A stretch of DNA of 64,000 nucleotides from Felis catus (GCF_018350175.1 NC_058377.1:102982001-103046000), one strand, 5' to 3'. Positions 24,745-37,873 are shown, counted from the stretch's first letter. Made by a program: numbers and translations. Notes: a model not told the origin generated them from the letters alone.

Positions 24745-24780
24745 TGTTCCAACAAAAAAGCACATACTTTTATTAAAAAA
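24745..24780 (-). terminator. Putative polyadenylation signal of OR5B gene 2
   Basis: AATAAA (24774-24769) followed by GU/U-rich CTTTTTTGTTGG; same context at 44945-44995. Confidence 0.55.
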
Positions 24781-25305
24781 TCCATGTCATGGTTTTCTTC
24801 ATTTTGGACTCTTAGAATTGTTTTTTTAAACTAGAAAAAAAAATAAAAATGCTGAACATTAATTTATACTCTGATCTACAGTTATTTTGACTTTCTTATT
24901 AAAAACTAGCCATACTCCAGCTACCTCTTTTAACAAATTTCCCCTCTTGAGTGTATGTGCACATAGAGGACCCTCGCATGCACTTCCCTTCATGAGTTTG
25001 AGCTGCATTTTACACACACACTTGCATTGGCGTGTGGTGGAAAAAATGTGAACAGGTGAATGAATCACATATAATTAAGGTTCATGACAAGAGTGCTCTA
25101 AACACTTTAAGGTCTTCATGGCTATTCTCATCCAGATATTACACAACTGGATTATCTTCTTTTTTATCTTCTTTTTTAGTGAGAGACTTTTGAAGAGGAA
25201 AGTATCACAGCAGTAATTTAAGTGCAATGTGGGCTGTAAACTGCAAGTTAATGCAGGGAGAAGATCTGACAGGGAAGAAGGCAGGTCACTGTGGATTCTA
25301 CAACC

Positions 25306-26247
25306 CTAGGAGGTGAAGCTTAGAGACAGGTTTGCCTTAACAACCTTCTTGAAAGCATTCTTGACCTCTTTGTTCCTTAGGCTATACACCGCAGGATTTA
25401 GCATGGGAATGACCATAGTATAGAACACAGACACAATTTTGTCCATGTCCATAGAATGGCTGGAGGTTGGCTGGGAGTACATAAACATGACTGTCCCATA
25501 GAAGATGGAGACTGCAGTGAGGTGAGAAGCACAGGTGGATATAGCTTTCAGGTATCCCTCTATTGAGGGCATTTTCAAGATGGTGGTAAATACGAACAGG
25601 TAGGAAATCAAAATAACCAAAAGACCAAAAAAGATGTGGAAGCTTGCTACCAAAACAAGAACCAGCTCACTGACATGTCTATCAGAACAAGAGAGAGAGA
25701 CAACTGCAGGAATATCACAGAAAAAGTTATGGATCACATTGGACTTACAGAAGAAGAGGTGGAATGTGTTTCCAACATCCACAGAAGCATTCAGAAAACC
25801 AAAAACATAGGAGCCTATAGACAAACGAGCACACACACCTGTCGTCATGGTGGTGGTGTAATGGAGGGGTTTGCANNNNNNNNNNNNNNNNNNNNNNNNN
25901 NNNNNNNNNNNNNNNNNNNNNNNNNNNNNNNNNNNNNNNNNNNNNNNNNNNNNNNNNNNNNNNNNNNNNNNNNNNNNNNNNNNNNNNNNNNNNNNNNNNN
26001 NNNNNNNNNNNNNNNNNNNNNNNNNNNNNNNNNNNNNNNNNNNNNNNNNNNNNNNNNNNNNNNNNNNNNNNNNNNNNNNNNNNNNNNNNNNNNNNGAGTC
26101 CAAGAGAATCAGCGCCATCATCCCCAGGTTTCCAACCACATTGATGAGGTAGATGAGGGTGAACATGATAAAGAGGGGGGCCAGCAGTTCTGGGTCACTG
26201 GTTAGTCCCAGCAAGATGAATTCAGTCACTTCTGTGTTGTTCTTCAT
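25306..26247 (-). CDS. Olfactory receptor OR5B-like, 313 aa, 220 nt masked (OR5B gene 2)
   Basis: [55 protein letters not shown]; frame preserved across the N run, but intactness inside it cannot be seen. Confidence 0.85.
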   Translation of the reverse strand: MKNNTEVTEFILLGLTSDPELLAPLFIMFTLIYLINVVGNLGMMALILLDXXXXXXXXXXXXXXXXXXXXXXXXXXXXXXXXXXXXXXXXXXXXXXXXXXXXXXXXXXXXXXXXXXXXXXXXXXCKPLHYTTTMTTGVCARLSIGSYVFGFLNASVDVGNTFHLFFCKSNVIHNFFCDIPAVVSLSCSDRHVSELVLVLVASFHIFFGLLVILISYLFVFTTILKMPSIEGYLKAISTCASHLTAVSIFYGTVMFMYSQPTSSHSMDMDKIVSVFYTMVIPMLNPAVYSLRNKEVKNAFKKVVKANLSLSFTS

Positions 26248-27985
26248 GGTGTTTTTTGGGAATCACAAGATCCCCTGTAGTGATAAGAAATAAAGAAACA
26301 AAGTCATAAACAAATGAGAGATTGAAGTGAAATTCATTCCATATTGTTTGTGTATACACAGACATATGTACAAAATATTTCATGATAGCAATAATTTTTA
26401 CTCACAGGTTTCTCCAGATTTAAAGTATGGACTAGACAATAAAAGTTAAGGCACAAATTATCTGTAGAGTTTGACATTGTTAAAACTGAAAGATATCCAT
26501 GAATTATTTTCCAACTTTTCAATTCTGTGAATTTGTAAACAGTGGTGTAGAAAATGTAATTTCTTGATTATGATGAATCATCTTGAATGAATCTATATAT
26601 CAATTCAGTTTTTCTCAGCCTAGCAAATGCTTATATCTATGGTCCTTATGTGCCGGAAAAAGCTCTAGACACTTTGTATGAATATTCAGTTATTATTCTC
26701 AACAAATCTATGAGACTGATTACTTGTTACCCCCATTTAACGTGTGAAGCACAGAGCTTGAATAATGTATATTTAAGTTTACAAAATTATTATCACCAAA
26801 GCCAAACTTAGTGCTCAGGTGGAGTGATTCCCAAGTCCACTGGTCTCACCTGAATTTAAATCACATTAAATTTAACTTAATTCATGATCAGCCTTTCTCC
26901 CATGTCATAAACTCAGTGTTTGGGGTTTCACAGTGACGTAACCAAGAGATACGTCCATGGTGCATGTGGTATAATCACTGTAGCAGTAGGGGCTCGGACA
27001 ACAAGCAGAGGCAGTCTGGGGAGGGCATGGCATTGAGGATAAAGCTTGGGCTCTGGGACCAGGTTCATGTCAGTCTTAGCATTCACCACTGAGGAGCCTT
27101 TAGTCCGAAACTAACTCCCTGTTTTCTTCATCTACAAAAGGAAAATAGTAATGAGACTTCACTCAAGGTATTATTGTAAGACCACTGTAAGAATTAAATG
27201 AGGTAGTATGTAATAATATAAAAATCAAAGTGAGCAAAATGAGGAGTATTTAGTAGAACCTGATTAGTGTAAGGGATAATATTCTTAGTAGGATGTGATG
27301 ATAGCCTCTCTGTTGGCTTAAGAAAAGTCTGGGGCGACACACAAGCTCAGCGTGGTTGAGTGGTCTGCTGGCATCCCTCTTCAATATGCTTTATATCACA
27401 CAATTGGTTGGTTTCCTGGGCTCTTCTGTGCCTTCAGTGTTTCTCAGTCTGTCTGCCCTCTGCCTACATGAGTGGCTGTTTCAGCTACCGCATGGGAGCC
27501 ATTCTTTTGCTTCATTTCTTTCTTAAGATCCATGTTTTAGTTTGTGTTGAAAGTGTCCCCTTTCTTAAACTCATTCTTTCTCTATTTTTATCCCACAGTC
27601 GAATCGCAGTGATCACTGGGTAGAAGTTCCTAGTTTGTTGGTCTTTAGCCTGAAGATCTGTGTTTTGGCCAATTACATGTTTTAACATTGTTTACTTGAA
27701 TGTCATCTTGTGTAGGAATCGTATTTTTAATCTTTTCATTTGACTTGGATGACTTTAGAAGGACATTTGTCCCTTGCTAATCATTGGTTCACTGCTGTCC
27801 TCCTTAATTCTTTCAACAGATAATGAACAAGATAAAATTAACAGCTACTCAATCAGAGCACACCTATCCATCTATTTTTAAAATCTCTTTTAGGAGAGCA
27901 GCATGATAATGTTTCAGAACGATCAGTAAACTCCCCACGGATGGAAGTCTTGATACATGTGTCTAGCCTCAAACCACTGCTTTAG

Positions 27986-28343
27986 ACGTGCCAATGAGAA
28001 AAAATGAAATATGGTCTTTTGTAGCAACGTGGATGGAACTGGAGAGTGTTATGCTAAGTGAAATAAGTCATACAGAGAAAGACAGATACCATATGTTTTC
28101 ACTCTTATGTGGATCCTGAGAAACTTAACAGAAGACCATGGGGGAGGGGAAGGGGAAAAAAAAGTTAGAGACGGAGGGAGCCAAACCATAAGAGACTCTT
28201 AAAAACTGAGAATATTCTGAGGGTTGATGGGGGGTGGGAGGGAGGGGAGGGTGGGTGATGGGTATTGAGTAGGGCACCTGTTGGGATGAGCACTGGGTGT
28301 TGTATGGAAACCAATTTGACAATAAATTTCATATTTAAAAAAA
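27986..28343 (+). mobile_element. 5'-truncated L1 (ORF2 end plus 3'UTR) in the intron of OR5B gene 2
   Basis: Matches the 3' ~360 nt of the full-length L1; no clear TSD. Confidence 0.9.
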
Positions 28344-28439
28344 GAAATTTATTTCTGTGCTTAAATAATTCATAGTATGTGTAGATGCCCTGTTGGTTTT
28401 GCTTGAATTACATTCCTCACTGAAAGTGTATATAGGACA

Positions 28440-29135
28440 TAGAAGCTTACCTTGCTGCTGGGAAAGAAGGAACAGTCAATCCTGAAGAGTTAGCTTGGAA
28501 TCAGAAATTCAGCCATGGGATGATGCACACATACTGTGAGAGATAGTCTTCATCAGGTACTAGTCAAATAGTTCCAACATATTTATAAAGTAAATAAAGA
28601 TAAAGGGAAGAATGCAACATGGAGCCAGGAACCTATGTTGAAGTGCCGAATCCACGATGCAATCCTTGTGTACCTTCTTATCTCTAAAATGAAGCAGAAA
28701 ATTACTTCTCCCGCATGATTCGAGCAATTTGTCTGTGAAACAGGCTCTATGACATGCCTGTCCGAGGGGTTTTCTAAAGTCAATGAATATAATTCTCATC
28801 TTGAGGCGTGTTCCCTGGCCATCATTGGAAGTTCATGACAAATCCTCAGGTGAGGATTTGGCGATGGGAGGAAAGTGTATGTACTAATGACTACTAACAT
28901 TCAGACAAATATATGATGGCACATGTCTGCTCCTTTTGAAATGAGATCACATTGAGACATACTGGGAGTTTTAAAAGCTATGTCATGGGGATTAGGAGGG
29001 AATTACAGAGACATAAGGTCTCTGGGGATGTCCCTCTGTAGCTCTTATCTCACTTTTCTAGGAAAGTATCAATTAGCTTTCCTATGGGGACTTGATTGGA
29101 TATGTTGAGGGTGCACACGTTTTTATATTACTTGT
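28440..29135 (-). promoter_or_regulatory. OR5B gene 2 upstream module: splice donor, 5' exon and promoter core
   Basis: AAG|GTAAGC donor (GT at 28450-28449); O/E-like TCTCTGGGGA and CAATTAGCTTTCCTATGGGGA; homologous to 49605-50345 and 62140-62865. Confidence 0.7.
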
Positions 29136-29159
29136 TTTCTCTGTCTCCTTGCTTTCTAA

Positions 29160-29388
29160 TTTTTAAAAAATTTTTTTAATGTTTTATTTATTTTTGAGAG
29201 AGAGAGAGACAGAGACAGAACATGAGCAGGGGAGGGGCAGAGAGAGAGAGAGACACAGAATCAGAAGCAGGCTCCAGGCTCTGAGCTGTCAGCACAGAGC
29301 CTGACGCGGGGCTCGAACAAACAAACGGTGAGATCATGACCTGAGCTGAAGTCGGATGCTCAACCGACTGAGCCACCCAGGCGTCCCC
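29160..29388 (-). mobile_element. Can-SINE (SINEC_Fc-type)
   Basis: SINEC body; TSD TGCTTTCTAATT. Confidence 0.92.
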
Positions 29389-29720
29389 CTGCTTTCTAAT
29401 TAAAGTGTAATTTACAAACAGTAAAATTTATAGTTTTCAGTATTGTAGTTATTGAACAACTGTTCAAACTGTGTCAAATTTATCCAGTCACACCACCACT
29501 AACACAAACACAATATAGAAGAGTTCCATCATCTGAACAAAATCTCTGAGCTTCTTTGCTATCAACCCTCTTCCTGCCCTAAGGTGACTACTAAACCATT
29601 TTCTGTCCATATTGCTTTGCTTTTGTAGGAACGTCATTTAAAGAGAATCTTAGCACATGTAGCCTCTGATTCTGGCTTCTCCCAGTTAGCATGGTGCATT
29701 TGAGACCCATCCATATTAGC

Positions 29721-30190
29721 TATATTAATTTCCTAGAGCTGTCATAAAAAATTACCACAAACTGGATGTCCTATATAACAGAAACTTATTATCTCACATT
29801 TCTGGAGGCTAGAAATCTAAGATCAAGCTGCTAGCAATGTGGTTCTGTTGGTTCTCTCTGAAAGCTGTAAGGGAGTATCTGTTTCATACTTTTCTCTTAG
29901 CTTCTGGGTGGTTTGCTGGCCATCTTTCGCATCCCTTGTCTTTTGCTATCACATCCTGATGTCTGTGTTCATCTTCACTTGGTGTTGTCCTTGTGTGTAT
30001 GTCTCCCCAAGTTTTCATTTTTATAAAGACACCAGTCATAATGACTTGGAAGCCCATTCTGTTCTAGTAGGACCTTATCTTAATTATTACATCTGTAGTG
30101 ACCCTATTTTTGAGCAAGATCATCTTCTGAGGTACTAGGAGTTAGGACTTCAACATATAAAATTTAGGAGACACAATTTGACCCATAATA
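29721..30190 (-). mobile_element. MaLR solo LTR (MLT1B/C-like) inserted in an old L1ME 3' end (about 29400-30450)
   Basis: ATTACCACAAACTGG...TTCTGGAGGCTAGAAATCTAAGATC...GTTAGGACTTCAACATAT...ACCCATAATA. Confidence 0.8.
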
Positions 30191-30719
30191 TATCAGTAGT
30201 AATTTTTTTTTCATTGCTGGTTATATTCCATTATATGGACATTACAGGTTATTTATGTGTTTCCAAGTTGGGGGACACTTGTGTCCCATCTAGTATCTCA
30301 GAATTAGGAATAAAGTATATCTAAACATTTGCCTATTTTTTCATGAACTAGATTTTAATTTCATTTGGGTAATTATCTCTGAGTTAGATTGCTGGGTCAG
30401 ATAGTAAATATACATTTAATTAAGTAGAAACTACCTAACTGTCTCTTTGAGTGTTGACATGGAGAGAACCTACCCCTTCCCAGACAACCTGTGTTATGAA
30501 CTTGTACTATCATATGTGGGAAACAAATCTGTAGTACACTGAATAATCACTGCCAAATATGAGATCTTGTCAACCGGAATGTGTTACACTTTCCATGTAG
30601 CAAAGACTTTGCAATTATGGTTAACTTAAGGGCATAAACTTGGTAGATTATCATGGGTTCATTTTCGGACCCTAAAGACAATATCCAGTGTCTTTATGAG
30701 AGAAAGGCCCAAAAAATGG

Positions 30720-32661
30720 AAGAGTAAGGATTCCAAGGGTCTGTAACTCCACAGAAATGCTAGCTAAACAAAACAAAAACAAAAAATAAGCCAAACTATC
30801 AGAAGAAACTTGGTTTCAGATGTATGGAAAATACCAAAGGGTATAACAACCAAGTAAATGTCAAATCATGAAAATGACTCATCTATAGTGTTAATGGAAA
30901 CAGGTAGGTGACAAGCAGGTAAGTGACCTCAAGCTACAACAGAGGCATGAGACATCACACACAAAGCATATAGTCAATAATAATAGTTTAGAAAACTCAT
31001 GAAACAAACAAATACAATCTACGACAAACAAAACAATAAAAGCAAAAACCTGAGTTGGACGAATCTGAATTCCCAAGGTTAGCACACTATATATTCACAA
31101 TATTCAGTTTTCAACAAAAATTGACATGTGAAGAGAAACAAGAAAGTATATCCCATCCACAGGGGGAAAAAAAAGAAATTAACAGAAACTTCCTGAAGAA
31201 GCATGACATTACACTTATTGGACACAGTAAAAATTGTACTGGACACAGATTTTTAAATCAACTGTCTTCAATATAATGGAGGAGCTAAAGGAAACCAGAA
31301 TAATTATGTCTCAGCTTTAGAGAATATCAATAATGATACAGAAATGATCATAATAGAACTACATATAAGTTCTGGAGCTGAAAATACAACTGAAATGAAA
31401 AATTTACTAGAGGGTTTGATCATTATTTGATTAGGAAGAAAAAAGAATTAGCAAATTTCAAAATATTTCAAATGAGTTAATCAGTGTGAGGAACAGAAAA
31501 AAAAAGAACGAAGACAAGCCGAACAGAGCTTAAGAGACCTGTGGATCACCATCAAGTGTACCAACATTTGCATAATGACAGTTCCAGAGAGAGAGAAGAA
31601 AGAAGAGGCAGAAAGAGTATTTGAAGAAATAAAGGCTAGAATTTCCCCAAATTGGATTTTTAAAATGTATCTTTCCATTGAAGTAGCCCATGAAACAGCA
31701 AGTAGGATATCACAACCGCATTCTGTGAGGTCAATATTACCTCAATAAGAAAGCCAGATAAAGACATTACAAGAAATGAAAGCTACAGGCCAATATTTCT
31801 TATGAATATAGATGCAACAATAACCAACAAAATGTCAGTAAACCAAATCCAGCTACCTAATAATATCATTGTATAGCAGGACTTAATAGGATTTATCCTA
31901 GGAATACAAGGATGGTTCAATATGCAAAAAGCAACCAATGTCATAAGCCACTTAAACAGAATCAAGGAAAAGAATATGGTCATCTCGGGATGCCTGGGTG
32001 GCTCAGTCAGTTAAGCGTCCGACTTTGGCTTAGGTCGTGATCTCGCAGTTTGTGAGTTCGAGCCCCAGTCAAGCTCTGTGCTGTCAGTTCAGAGCCTGGA
32101 GCCTGCTTCGGATTCTGTGTCTCCCTCTCTCTCTGCCCCTACCCTGTTCACGCTCTATCTCTGTCTTTCAAAATATGAATAAACGTTAAAAAAAAATATG
32201 ATCATCTCATTGATTTATAAAAAGTCTTTGACAGGGGCTCCTGAGTGGCTCAGTGGGTTAAGCCTTTGAGTCTTGATTTCAGCTCAGGTCATGATCTCAT
32301 GGGTTTGTGAGTTTGAGCCCCATGCTGGTTCCACACCGTCAGTGTGGAGCCTGCTTGGGATTCTGTCTCTCTTCACCTTTCCCACTTTCTCCCTCTTTCT
32401 CCCACTTTCTCCCTCTCTTTCAAAATAAATAAATAAACTTAAAAAAAAGCTTTTTACAAACTCTTACATACTTTTATTATAAAAAGAAAAATGCAGAAAT
32501 CTAGACTAATGTGAAAATTCCTCAACTTGATGAAGGGCACTTATGAAGGAAACCACATTATTATTCAAAAATGGAAGGTAGAATTCTTTCCCCTAAGTTA
32601 AAGTGCAAAGTAAAGATATTGATTTCACCACTTCCATTCAAAATTTCACTGGTAGGTCTAA
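30720..32661 (+). mobile_element. Old internally deleted L1M (ORF1 piece joined to RT region) with two Can-SINEs (about 31987-32195 and 32234-32448)
   Basis: Decayed ORF1 (AGAGACCTGTGGATCACCATCAAG) jumps near 31715 to RT text (GGATTTATCCTAGGAATACAAGGATGGTTCAA). Confidence 0.75.
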
Positions 32662-32799
32662 NNNNNNNNNNNNNNNNNNNNNNNNNNNNNNNNNNNNNNN
32701 NNNNNNNNNNNNNNNNNNNNNNNNNNNNNNNNNNNNNNNNNNNNNNNNNNNNNNNNNNNNNNNNNNNNNNNNNNNNNNNNNNNNNNNNNNNNNTTAATA

Positions 32800-32829
32800 T
32801 CTTTAAAATTTTTTTAAATGTTTATTTCT

Positions 32830-32874
<45 letters not shown>

Positions 32875-32990
32875 TGGGTGAAGGCAGAGAGAGAGGGAGA
32901 CACAGAGTCCGAAGGAAGCTCCAGGCTCTGAGCTGTCAGCACAGAGCCTGATGCGGGGCTCGAACCCATGAACTGTGAGATCATGACCTG
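32800..32990 (-). mobile_element. 5'-truncated Can-SINE
   Basis: Tail, (GA)n and body present; head ends at GATCATGACCTG. Confidence 0.85.
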
Positions 32991-33109
32991 GAGCCCCCTC
33001 AAGCTGTGCACCTGCATAGTGCTGGCCCAATTCCTGTCACTGACCTCCACTGCTATAGATCACCTCAAATTTTCAAACAAAAGTAGCCTTCTCCAAGCAT
33101 ATGTTTATA

Positions 33110-33617
33110 AGCCTGTCTAAAATCACAAAGAAAGAATGTTTAAAGCAGCAAGAGAAAAAAATGATCTCATACAAGGGAATCCCCACAAGGCTATCAGGGT
33201 ATTCTCAGCAGAGACCTGGCAGGCCAGGAGAGAGTGGGATATTATATTCAAAGTGTTGAAAGAAGAAATAGCTGACCAACAATACTTTACCCAACAAAGT
33301 TGTCCTTCAGAAATGAAGGTGAGATAAGGTCTTCCCCAAACAAACAAAGTCACAAGAACTACCTTACAGGGAATACTGAAAGGAATCCATCAAGCTGGAA
33401 TAAAAAGGTGTTAATTAGTAACATGAAAGCAGATAAAAAGAAATGATGCACTGGTAAAGGCAAGTGCATGGTCAGATTCAGAATATTCAAATACTGTAAT
33501 GTGGTGATTGGTAAACTACTTAACTCTTTAAATTACTTTTTAAAAATTTTTTAAGTTTATTTATTTGGAGAGAGAGAGAGCACAAACATGGGAGGGGCAG
33601 GGAGAGAGGGAGGGAGG

Positions 33618-33655
<38 letters not shown>

Positions 33656-34474
33656 AAGAGAATCCCAAGTAGGCTCCTCACTGTCAGCACAGAGCCTGAT
33701 ATGGGGCTTAAACTCACGAACGGTGAGATCATGACCTGAGCAGAAACCAAGAGTCAAATGCTTAACCAATTGAGCCACTCAGGTGCCCCTTAACTTTTTA
33801 AATAAGAGTATGAAAATAGCTGTTGCTATGATAATTTCTTAATAGGCACACGATATAAGATGTAAAGAGAGATATCAAAAACATAAAATGGGAAGGGAGA
33901 ATTAAAGAGTAGACTTTTTGTGTGCAATTGAAGTTAAATTGTAACCAGCTTAAAATAGAGTGTTGTACCTATAGAGTGTTCTAGTCAGCATCAGAGTAAC
34001 CACAAAACAAAAACCTATAGTAGAAACAAATGAGAAAAAGAACAAAGGATCAAAATATATCACAACAGAAATATTATCAGTTCACAAAGGAAGACAGCAA
34101 GAGGAAGAAAGAAACAAAGGAATTACAAAACATTCAGCAAATAACAAGATGGCAATAGTAAGTCCTTACCTTTAAATATAAATGCATTAAATTCTCTAAT
34201 CAAAAAGATATAGTATGTCTGAATGAATAAAAAACCCTACAAGACCCAAGCATATTCTATCTACAAGAGACTCATATCAGTTTCAAAGACACACATAAGT
34301 TCAAAGAGAAGGGATGCAAAAAGATATTCCAGGCAAATGGAGACTAAAGAGAGCAGAGGTAACTATACTTATATCAGACAAAATAGGTTTTATGTCAAAA
34401 ACAGTAATAAGAAACCAATAATCATTATATAATTATAAAAGCATCAATTCATCAAGAGGATATAATGATTGTAC

Positions 34475-34508
<34 letters not shown>

Positions 34509-36135
34509 GCACACATATCCAACCTCAGAGCACCTAAATATATTAAGGAAACATAACAAATACTAACAAATCTGAAGGGAGTAATAAACAACAATACAAT
34601 GATGGTAAAGGACTCCAGTATCCCACTTTCAACAATTGAATAAATATCAAGACAAAATCAATATGGAAATTTTGGATTTGAACTATATTTTAGATCAAAT
34701 GGACCTAATGGGCATATACAATGCACCACATCCCACAGGAAGAGAATATACCTTCTTCTCAAGTACACACTGAATATTCTCCAGGATAGATGCTATGTTA
34801 GGTCGCAAACAAGGTTTAGCAAGTCAAAAAGATTTAAATCAGATCAAAAATCTTTTCAACCACAGTGGCATGAAACTAGGTATCAATAACGGGAAGAAAA
34901 CTGGAAAATTCACAAATGTAGAAATTAAACAACACAGTCCTGAACATTTAACGGGTCAATGATGAAATAAAATGGAAATCAAAAAATATCTTGAAAATGT
35001 GAAAATGGAAACACAATATACTAAAATGTATGGATCGCAGCAAAAGTTATTCTAAGAGGGAAGTTTATAGCAATGCATTCTGACGTTTTAAAAATTTCAA
35101 ATAAACAACATAATGTTATACCTCAAGGAAATAGAAAACCAAGAACAAATTAAGCCCAAAGTTAGCAGAAGAAAGGAAATAACAGAGCAGAGCAGAAACA
35201 ATGAAATAGATAAAAGGAAAATAATAGAAAAAAAATCTATGTAATTACAAGGTTGGTTTTTTGAAAAGATACTAAAAAATACCAAACCTTTAGCTAGACT
35301 TACCAAGAAAAGAAGAGAAAGAGTCAAGTTAATAAATTTGTAAATGACATTATAACTGATGTTATAGAAATATGAAGGCTAATAAAAGACTACTATGAAC
35401 AACTATATGCCAACAAATTGGACAACCTAGATGTAATGGACACATTCCTAGAAACATATGAACTTCCAAGGCTAAATGATAAAAAAACAATTTTTTTTAA
35501 ATTTTTTAACCTTTATTGATTTTTGAGACAGAGAGAGAGAGCATGAACGGGGGAGGTTCAGAGAGGGATGGAGACACAGAATCTGAAACAGGCTCCAGGC
35601 TCTGAGCTGTCAGCACAGAGCCCGACGTGGGGCTCGAACTCACGGACTGTGAGATCATGACCTGAGCCGAAGTCGGACGCTCAACTGACTGAGCCACCCA
35701 GGCGCCCCCAAAAAACAATTTTTAAATTAGAACAGATCATTAACAAGTAAGAGCCAGTAATCAAAACTTTGCTAAGAATGAAAATCTCAAGAACAGATGG
35801 CTTCATGGGTGATTTCTACTAAACATTTAAAGAAGAATTAACACCAGTATTTCTCAGCTTCGTCTGAAAAAGTGAAGAGGAAGGAACACTCCCAAATTTC
35901 ACAGGGCCAGCATTATCCTGCTGCCAAAGCCAGATATGCATTCTACAAAAAAAGAAAACTACAGGTCACTATCCCTGATGAATGTAGTGGCAAAAATTCT
36001 CAATAAAATACTAGTAAACCTAATTCAACAGCACATGAAAAGAATCATGAACCATGATCAAGTGGGATTTATCCCTAGGATTCAAGGATGGTTCAACATA
36101 TGCTAATTAATAAGTGCAATACATCACATAGGTGG
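33110..36135 (+). mobile_element. Old L1M fragment (ORF1 end, EN, RT start) with Can-SINEs at about 33537-33789 and 35491-35708 (-) and a (CA)n near 34473-34515
   Basis: Relic peptide FSAETWQARREWDIIFKVLKE; degenerate EN/RT text with many stops. Confidence 0.85.
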
Positions 36136-36410
36136 AACAGACAAAAGTCAGTACTTGTAAGTACAAAGCAATACGATTAATAAGTGTCTCAATAGTTATA
36201 TGGAAAGGATTGACAATATAGAGGAGGAAATTAAAAAAGGCAGGGAATGGAACGGAAAGGAAAGGAAACATTTCTTGAACATTTTGTTCTGTTTATGACA
36301 TTGCGCTATGTTCTAGCTTAATCAGTATATAATTGTGTGAAGCAGGCATTATTTGCCCCAACGGAAGCTCAGAACATTTGATTAGCTTGTCCTATATTGA
36401 CAAGCTTGTT

Positions 36411-36526
36411 GGGGAGGGCACCTGTTAAGATGAGCACTGGGTGTTGCATGGAAACCAATTTGACAATAAATTTCATATTAAAAGTAAATGAATGAATGAA
36501 TGAATGAATAAATAAATAAATAAGAA
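36411..36526 (+). mobile_element. Short L1 3' end whose tail became (AATG)n(AATA)n
   Basis: GATGAGCACTGGGTGTTG...GACAATAAATTTCAT; TSD AAGCTTGTT. Confidence 0.88.
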
Positions 36527-37009
36527 AAGCTTGTTAGAATGGGGTTCATGTTGAGCTATTTTCTGTCTAACACCTCTGCTAATTTTATGTGTGCTAGCCA
36601 TTTTTGTTTTGATTTGGAGATTGAGTTGAGTGAGGGCTCACAAATAGATAATTGTGGCATTAAATTGTGTTAGAACAGTTTGACAGTTTTCCTCATTATA
36701 TAGCCCCTCACTTCTGACTTATTTCAAACAGCATGTAGATCGACTCACAGGAAATGTTCTGTATTCGTTAGTGGGAATAATACCAGCTGCCATACAAGCA
36801 GATTCCAGTATTTCAGTGCCATGGTCATAGACGTTTTTGCTTACATACTGTTCAGTTCGTTGTTCTATGGGAAATCATCCTGTGGTTCAGTGACCCAGAG
36901 TCTCTCAGCTTAGTGGTTTTCCCATGTCTTGCAGTATGAATTCTATCAGCCGATGACAAAGACTGACAGTGAGCAGAAGATCACACGGAAAGTTTCAGGA
37001 GACTAACTT

Positions 37010-37320
37010 GAAAGTAGCACGTGACTCACGCTCACGTTTCAGTCACGGGAACACAATCCCAGGAACTCAGTTTCTTGAGAGCTGGAAAATGGAGCCTACT
37101 AGCTACATGCTCAGGAATGAAAGAGAAATTGCTGGGGAAACAATTAATTGTATCTTCCATTATAATGTTTTGATCGGCAAATGTCCGTTTTACATTTCCT
37201 CCATCCAGAGGACACTTTATGCACCTGCACCAGGGAGACAACTTAAAATCCATAGACCCTAAAATCGCCAGAGAAGTTCCACATCCAGCCTAACGAATTG
37301 ATTAAATTACCTCTCCATCG
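37010..37320. promoter_or_regulatory. Candidate OR enhancer (O/E plus homeodomain cluster)
   Basis: Unique DNA with GTCACGGGA, TCCCAGGA, CTGGGGAAA abutting CAATTAATTG, CCAGGGAGA, CTAACGAATTGATTAA. Confidence 0.3.
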
Positions 37321-37873
37321 AGTCTAGAAATGGCTCCTTATGGTCTGACAACTTACAAAATAAAAAGAAAATTGACCTCATTCTATAGTCGTACCCAGAA
37401 AATAATGTTAGACCAGGTTAAAAAAAAAACCCTCCCGTTCATAACAGAGAGTAATGGAAGACATACCAGACAGTTCACAAATCTTGCTGAATTGACATTA
37501 CAAAGCCCTGGTGATGGGAAATATTTCTTTATGAGACTTGATTTTTTTTTCTCTAGGCATAATTCGATTTTTCACTGTTTTCCTTGGTTCCTTGTTCCAA
37601 CCACTTGAATGTTTTTTTTCTTACCCATTATTCTTTTTTTTTTTTTTTTTTTTTTAATATGAAATTTATTGACAAATTAGTTTCCATACAACACCCAGTG
37701 CTCATCCCAAAAGGTGCCCTCCTCAATACCCATCACCCACCCTCTCCTCCCTCCCACCCCCCATCAACCCTCAGTTTGTTCTCAGTTTTTAAGAGTCTCT
37801 TATACTTTGGCTCTCTCCCACTCTAACCTGTTTTTTTTTTCCTTCCCCTCCCCCATGGGTTCCTGTTAAATTC

